Source: Parachlamydiales bacterium (GTDB taxonomy: Bacteria; Chlamydiota; Chlamydiia; Chlamydiales; Parachlamydiaceae). Taken from it: DNA of 39,932 nucleotides. Of the stretch, positions 35,669-39,932 are shown in pieces. A model generated the notes under the pieces. It did not search any database, was not told where the DNA came from, and saw only the letters and a list, made by a program, of their open reading frames with translations. The first letter of the stretch is position 1, and every line of letters begins with the position of its first letter. A program made the position numbers and the translations under genes. The stretch spans positions 1-39,932 of the forward strand of contig JAGVJP010000131.1 of assembly GCA_020051075.1 (NCBI GenBank), in the 5' to 3' direction.

Positions 35669-37723
35669 ATGATGGATTGTTATCGGCTACTGATGCTCAT
35701 TTTGCTCCTCTTCTCATTTCCTTTAAAAGGACATGAGCAAGACCTATTGCAGTTATCTAATGTCAATGAGATCATGGGGCAAATATTTAGTAAGCACCTA
35801 GAATCTCAGACGATTACGACAAAAATCATTCAGAGCTCTATCGATAATTACCTCGATCAATTCGATCCTAATGGGCTCTACCTGCTCGAACAGGAAGTCT
35901 CGCCGTATCTTGCTTTGAGTCCTGCTGAGATCAACCAAATCATCGATCAGTATAAAAAACGAGATTTCATTGTTTTCAATAAGCTCAATCAACTCATTCA
36001 AAATGGAATCAATCGAGCAAGAGGACTTCGTCAAGAGCTTGAGAACCATAGTCAGGCGCTCTTCGCCACTCAACTCCCCCCTTCAAAAGATAACGAAGAA
36101 AGAAAATTTGCCGAAAATACCGCCCAGCTTAAGCAAAGATGGTTGATAAACCTGCATGAAGAATTTGAATCACGAAAAAATCGGACTGGAGCTAATTTAA
36201 CTGCAGCTAAGCAGCTTGAAATCGTCAAAGCTTATGAAGAAAAGTTGCAAGACGCAGAAAACAAATATCTCTATGTGAACGAGAACGGAGAACCTCTCTC
36301 CCCTCAGGAACAAGAAAATTTATTTGCTATCCATATATTGAAAGCCTTGGCCAGCAGTTTAGACTCCCATACAACCTTCTATATGGCTAATGAAGCTTAT
36401 GACATGCGTGTCAGACTTCAAAAAGAGTTCAATGGGATCGGAATCCTAGTCAAAGAAACCGACAATGGACCGACGATCAAACATATCCTTAAAGGGGGCT
36501 CTGCTGAGGAAAGTGGAAAAATAAAAGAGGGCGATATCATTGTAAAAGTCGATGGAAAATCGGTCGCAGGACTCTCCTTTGATGAGGTGATGGGGCTGAT
36601 TCATGGGGAAAAAGATGGTAAGATCAGCCTCACAGTAAAAAGAAAAGGGGAAAATGGCGGCGCTGATCAGGAATACACTGCAATTCTGCCGCTAAAAGAA
36701 ATTATTGTCGACAATGGCAGAGTCGACGTCTCCTCTCAACCTTTTGGCAATGGTATCATTGGCATCATCACCCTGCATGCTTTCTACCAAGGGAAAGACA
36801 TATCGAGTGAAAAAGATGTGCGGGAGGCAATAGATAAACTGCAAAGTCAAAGGGATTTGCGAGGCTTGATTTTAGACTTGCGAAACAATAGCGGAGGATT
36901 CCTCTCCCAAGCTGTCAAAGTAGCCGGACTTTTCATCACCGATGGCGTCATCGTCATCTCAAAATATTCAAATGGCGAAGAAAAAATCTATCGCGATGTC
37001 GATGGGAAAACTGCTTATGATGGTCCGTTGATTATCCTCACCTCAAAAGCAACAGCTTCTGCTGCCGAAATCGTCGCCCAAGCTTTACAAGATTATGGCG
37101 TAGCCCTTGTCGTCGGAGATGAACATACCTATGGCAAAGGGACCATTCAAACACAAACGGTCACTGACAATCAAAGTAGCTCTTATTTTAAAGTGACTGT
37201 CGGGAAGTACTACACCGTATCAGGGCGTACCCCTCAAAAAGAGGGCGTTAAGGCTGATGTGCTCGTCCCTGGACATTGGAACAAAGAAGACATTGGAGAA
37301 AGCAGCTCAGACTCCATTAGCAATGATATCATCCCTCCAGTTTATGTCGATACTCTATCCGATTTACCTCCTGACATTAAACGATGGTACATGAAATACT
37401 ACATCCCCCATTTACAAAAACCAGTCACCGCTTGGCGCAATTTCCTCCCGGCCCTTCGAAAAAATAGCGAAAATCGGATTGCTCGCAATAAGAATTATCA
37501 GTACTTTCTGAATGGTCCACAAGCTCATATCGATGGAACAGCAGATGAGGATGAGGACTGGGAGGCAACGAAAAAAAATAAAACTTCAGGTGTCGACGAT
37601 CTCCAATTACAAGAAGCTGTGAATGTATTGAAAGATATGATCTATCTTGCCAGTGCCAATAAAGTCGGCGTGGAGCCAAGTCCGCCCGATGCGGAACCTA
37701 ACAAGGTGAAAACCAATGATTGA
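35669..37723 (+). CDS. tsp: Tail-specific protease (S41A, PDZ domain)
   Basis: Signal peptide, LDSHT, GIGI PDZ, ILDLRNNSGG, ASAAEIVAQALQDY, TYGKGTIQ, DLQLQEAVNVLKDM. Confidence 0.92.
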   Translation: MMDCYRLLMLILLLFSFPLKGHEQDLLQLSNVNEIMGQIFSKHLESQTITTKIIQSSIDNYLDQFDPNGLYLLEQEVSPYLALSPAEINQIIDQYKKRDFIVFNKLNQLIQNGINRARGLRQELENHSQALFATQLPPSKDNEERKFAENTAQLKQRWLINLHEEFESRKNRTGANLTAAKQLEIVKAYEEKLQDAENKYLYVNENGEPLSPQEQENLFAIHILKALASSLDSHTTFYMANEAYDMRVRLQKEFNGIGILVKETDNGPTIKHILKGGSAEESGKIKEGDIIVKVDGKSVAGLSFDEVMGLIHGEKDGKISLTVKRKGENGGADQEYTAILPLKEIIVDNGRVDVSSQPFGNGIIGIITLHAFYQGKDISSEKDVREAIDKLQSQRDLRGLILDLRNNSGGFLSQAVKVAGLFITDGVIVISKYSNGEEKIYRDVDGKTAYDGPLIILTSKATASAAEIVAQALQDYGVALVVGDEHTYGKGTIQTQTVTDNQSSSYFKVTVGKYYTVSGRTPQKEGVKADVLVPGHWNKEDIGESSSDSISNDIIPPVYVDTLSDLPPDIKRWYMKYYIPHLQKPVTAWRNFLPALRKNSENRIARNKNYQYFLNGPQAHIDGTADEDEDWEATKKNKTSGVDDLQLQEAVNVLKDMIYLASANKVGVEPSPPDAEPNKVKTND

Positions 37724-37776
37724 TAAATTTCGTTGCACTAAATAAAACGATAGACTATCGTAACTCTCTTCAGTTT

Positions 37777-37849
<73 letters not shown>

Positions 37850-37857
37850 CTTCCTCG

Positions 37858-37887
37858 GGAAAAGGTGTTGCGCCTTTTCCTTTTTTT
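37858..37887 (+). terminator. Intrinsic terminator after tRNA-Phe
   Basis: GGAAAAGGTG-TTG-CGCCTTTTCC followed by T7. Confidence 0.8.
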
Positions 37888-37940
37888 ATCCCATAATCTT
37901 CTGTAACTTTTGACGCTCCCCCTTATTAAGCCACATGTTT

Positions 37941-37970
37941 ACTCTCTGTGTTCTCTGTGCCTCTGTGGTT
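37941..37970. repeat. Half-element of the CACAGAG repeat family (CTCTGTGTTCTCTGTGCCTCTGTGGT)
   Basis: 9-bp periodic CTCTGTG, related to the arms of 1791-1919. Confidence 0.55.
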
Positions 37971-38044
37971 CATGAGAATTAGCGCCGTTGCCCTCTAGTT
38001 CCGATCACTTTCTCTCAACCTCTCTTTTTTCCTATGAATTTTTA

Positions 38045-38073
38045 TTGATTTCAATCAGCAGGTCCGATAGAAT
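38045..38073 (+). promoter_or_regulatory. rplU operon promoter TTGATT-N17-TAGAAT
   Basis: Near-consensus hexamers, 17-bp spacer, ~50 nt upstream of rplU. Confidence 0.55.
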
Positions 38074-38125
38074 CTGCATTAATCAAACTTCAGAAAGCTA
38101 ATTACTTACTCGAAAAGAGGTCAAA

Positions 38126-38455
38126 ATGTACGCCATAATCAAAACAGGTGGAAAACAGTATACAGTAAAGAAAGGGAGCGTCATCGATGTCGAACTCCTC
38201 GATGCAAACCCTGGCGATAACGTCCAGTTTGAAGTCCTATGCATTGGCAATGGAGATCAAACCCAGGTCGGCAACCCAATCCTCCCTAACCAAGCCGTTT
38301 TTGGCGAAGTGGTGGGGCTTGTTCATGCTGAGAAAATCACTTCTCTAAAATATAAACGAAGCCATAATCAGTGCCGCCGATGGGGCCATCGTCAGAAAAA
38401 TACACGGTTGAAAATTACAGATAAGGGAATTTTCGAAAACCAAGATCAGAAATAA
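38126..38455 (+). CDS. rplU: 50S ribosomal protein L21
   Basis: MYAIIKTGGKQY, GHRQ..T.LKI. Confidence 0.97.
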   Translation: MYAIIKTGGKQYTVKKGSVIDVELLDANPGDNVQFEVLCIGNGDQTQVGNPILPNQAVFGEVVGLVHAEKITSLKYKRSHNQCRRWGHRQKNTRLKITDKGIFENQDQK

Positions 38456-38467
38456 GGAAGGTTAATC

Positions 38468-38743
38468 ATGGCACATAAGAAAGGGCAAGGTTCAAGCCGC
38501 AACGGAAGAGATTCCCACTCAAAAAGACTCGGATTAAAAGTCGGCTCAGGACAGCTCGTCACCGCTGGCAGCATCCTCGTTCGTCAAAGAGGAACGAAGT
38601 GGCATCCTGCTAAGAACGTTGCTAAAGGCAAAGACGACACATTGTTCGCATTAACTGATGGGATCGTCGCTTTCCGAAAGTCCGACAAAACGTTCGTTTC
38701 AATCGAAGCTATAGAGCCTAACATCTCTTTATCGGCAGTCTAG
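38468..38743 (+). CDS. rpmA: 50S ribosomal protein L27
   Basis: [31 protein letters not shown]. Confidence 0.98.
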   Translation: MAHKKGQGSSRNGRDSHSKRLGLKVGSGQLVTAGSILVRQRGTKWHPAKNVAKGKDDTLFALTDGIVAFRKSDKTFVSIEAIEPNISLSAV

Positions 38744-38767
38744 GCTAAATCCACTTAATCGAGCTTT

Positions 38768-39787
38768 ATGTTTGTTGACCGCGTCCTCATTCAATTTTCA
38801 GCTGGCAAAGGCGGCAACGGCGTTGTCGCCTGGCGGCGAGAGAAATTCATCCCCAAGGGGGGCCCTTCAGGAGGCAATGGCGGCAAAGGCGGCTCGATTA
38901 TCTTAGAAGCCAATGCTCAACTCCCTTCGCTTGACTGGTTCCGTCATCGGAAACACCTAAAAGCAGAAAATGGCGCCGACGGCGGGGGAAACTGCCGGCA
39001 AGGGCGCAATGGAAAAGATCTCATCCTTCAAGTGCCTTGTGGAACACTCGTCAAAGACAACCGCAGCGGTACTGTTCTTCATGACTTCACGAAAGATGGC
39101 GAGCGCTGGACGCTCTGTCAAGGCGGACGTGGAGGAAGAGGCAACGACAGCTATAAAACCCCGACCAATCGCGCTCCGAATCAATGTACTCCAGGGACCG
39201 AAGGAGAACAGAAAGAGCTTGAACTTGAGTTGAAGCTCATCGCCGATGTTGGCCTTGTCGGCTTCCCCAATGCAGGCAAATCGACGCTCATTTCATCGCT
39301 TGCCGGTCTTCGGGTTAAAGTCGCTGCCTATCCATTTACGACGCTCCAGCCCAATTTAGGCTATATTGAGCTCGAAAATTATACAAGAATCTACATCGCC
39401 GACATCCCAGGGATCATCGAAGGAGCGAGTCATAATCGCGGGCTTGGACTGGAATTTCTGCGCCATATCGAACGGACGAAGCTGCTGATCTATATTTTAG
39501 ATGCCTCAGGGATTGATGGAAGAACTCCTGACGAAGATTATCGCGTTTTAAGAGAAGAGATGGAAGCGTATAATCCCGAACTGCTCAATCGCCCATTCCT
39601 TGTTGCACTCAATAAAATCGACACAGAAGAAGCTCAAGACCATGTCGAACACTTCAAGCAAAAATACTCATTTGCTCCCAACACCCTCTTTGAGATTTCA
39701 GCAGCTTTTGGGATGGGATTAGACCTCCTCATGCAAGAAATCGCCAAGCGAGTAGACAACTCTAACAAAGCAGCTTCTCCTTTTTGA
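38768..39787 (+). CDS. obgE: GTPase ObgE/CgtA
   Basis: Gly-rich Obg fold, LKLIADVGLVGFPNAGKST, YPFTTL, DIPGIIEGA, NKID. Confidence 0.98.
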   Translation: MFVDRVLIQFSAGKGGNGVVAWRREKFIPKGGPSGGNGGKGGSIILEANAQLPSLDWFRHRKHLKAENGADGGGNCRQGRNGKDLILQVPCGTLVKDNRSGTVLHDFTKDGERWTLCQGGRGGRGNDSYKTPTNRAPNQCTPGTEGEQKELELELKLIADVGLVGFPNAGKSTLISSLAGLRVKVAAYPFTTLQPNLGYIELENYTRIYIADIPGIIEGASHNRGLGLEFLRHIERTKLLIYILDASGIDGRTPDEDYRVLREEMEAYNPELLNRPFLVALNKIDTEEAQDHVEHFKQKYSFAPNTLFEISAAFGMGLDLLMQEIAKRVDNSNKAASPF

Positions 39788-39811
39788 CCCACTCTAAAGT
39801 AACGTTCAGAG

Positions 39812-39894
39812 ATAGGTGTGAACTGTCCTCAGGCCTTACCATTACCCATTTTTTCAGCGCGAAGCGTTTGGAGTGCGAAAGTCCTCTTTCGCTT
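39812..39894. repeat. Repeat family A segment, inverted copy of 97-174
   Basis: ATAGGTGTGAACTGTCCTCAGGCCTTACCATTACCCATTTTTTCAGCGCGAAGCGTTTGGAGTGCGAAAG. Confidence 0.85.
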
Positions 39895-39932
39895 TATTCT
39901 AGATCAATTTTTGGGACATTCGTGTCTTTTGA

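Overview
This is a bacterial chromosomal window, very probably from an environmental chlamydia (phylum Chlamydiota). The evidence is the rpsL-rpsG-fusA-rpsJ operon without tuf or rplC, tsp and rplU-rpmA-obgE nearby, Inc-like proteins, and LRR/ankyrin proteins. The left ~28 kb is accessory. It holds a metallophosphoesterase, a broken ankyrin gene, RtcB, a Ro60/Rsr (TROVE) protein and a small HTH protein. It also holds an AAA+/PD-(D/E)XK ATPase, a methyltransferase, a GyrI-like protein, three LRR proteins, ABC exporters, an ankyrin protein with a putative cysteine-protease domain, dodecin and two paralogous Inc-like genes. The right part is core (str operon, oxalate decarboxylase, scpAB, tsp, tRNA-Phe, rplU-rpmA-obgE). 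The main finding is a compact RNA-repair regulon at ~1.65-5.75 kb. Two sigma70/66-type promoters each carry the same palindrome, TAGTGCA-N3-TGCACTA, between -35 and -10. They precede three related short (64-93 nt) Y-RNA-like genes (GGGCCG..AUGCCY bulged stem, UUAUC/UUACC loop motif, no tRNA-like module) and then rtcB and rsr plus an HTH gene that may encode the regulator. No RtcR/sigma54 machinery is visible. Intergenic regions contain several families of palindromic miniature repeats, some nested. All calls come from reading the sequence; no searches were run.
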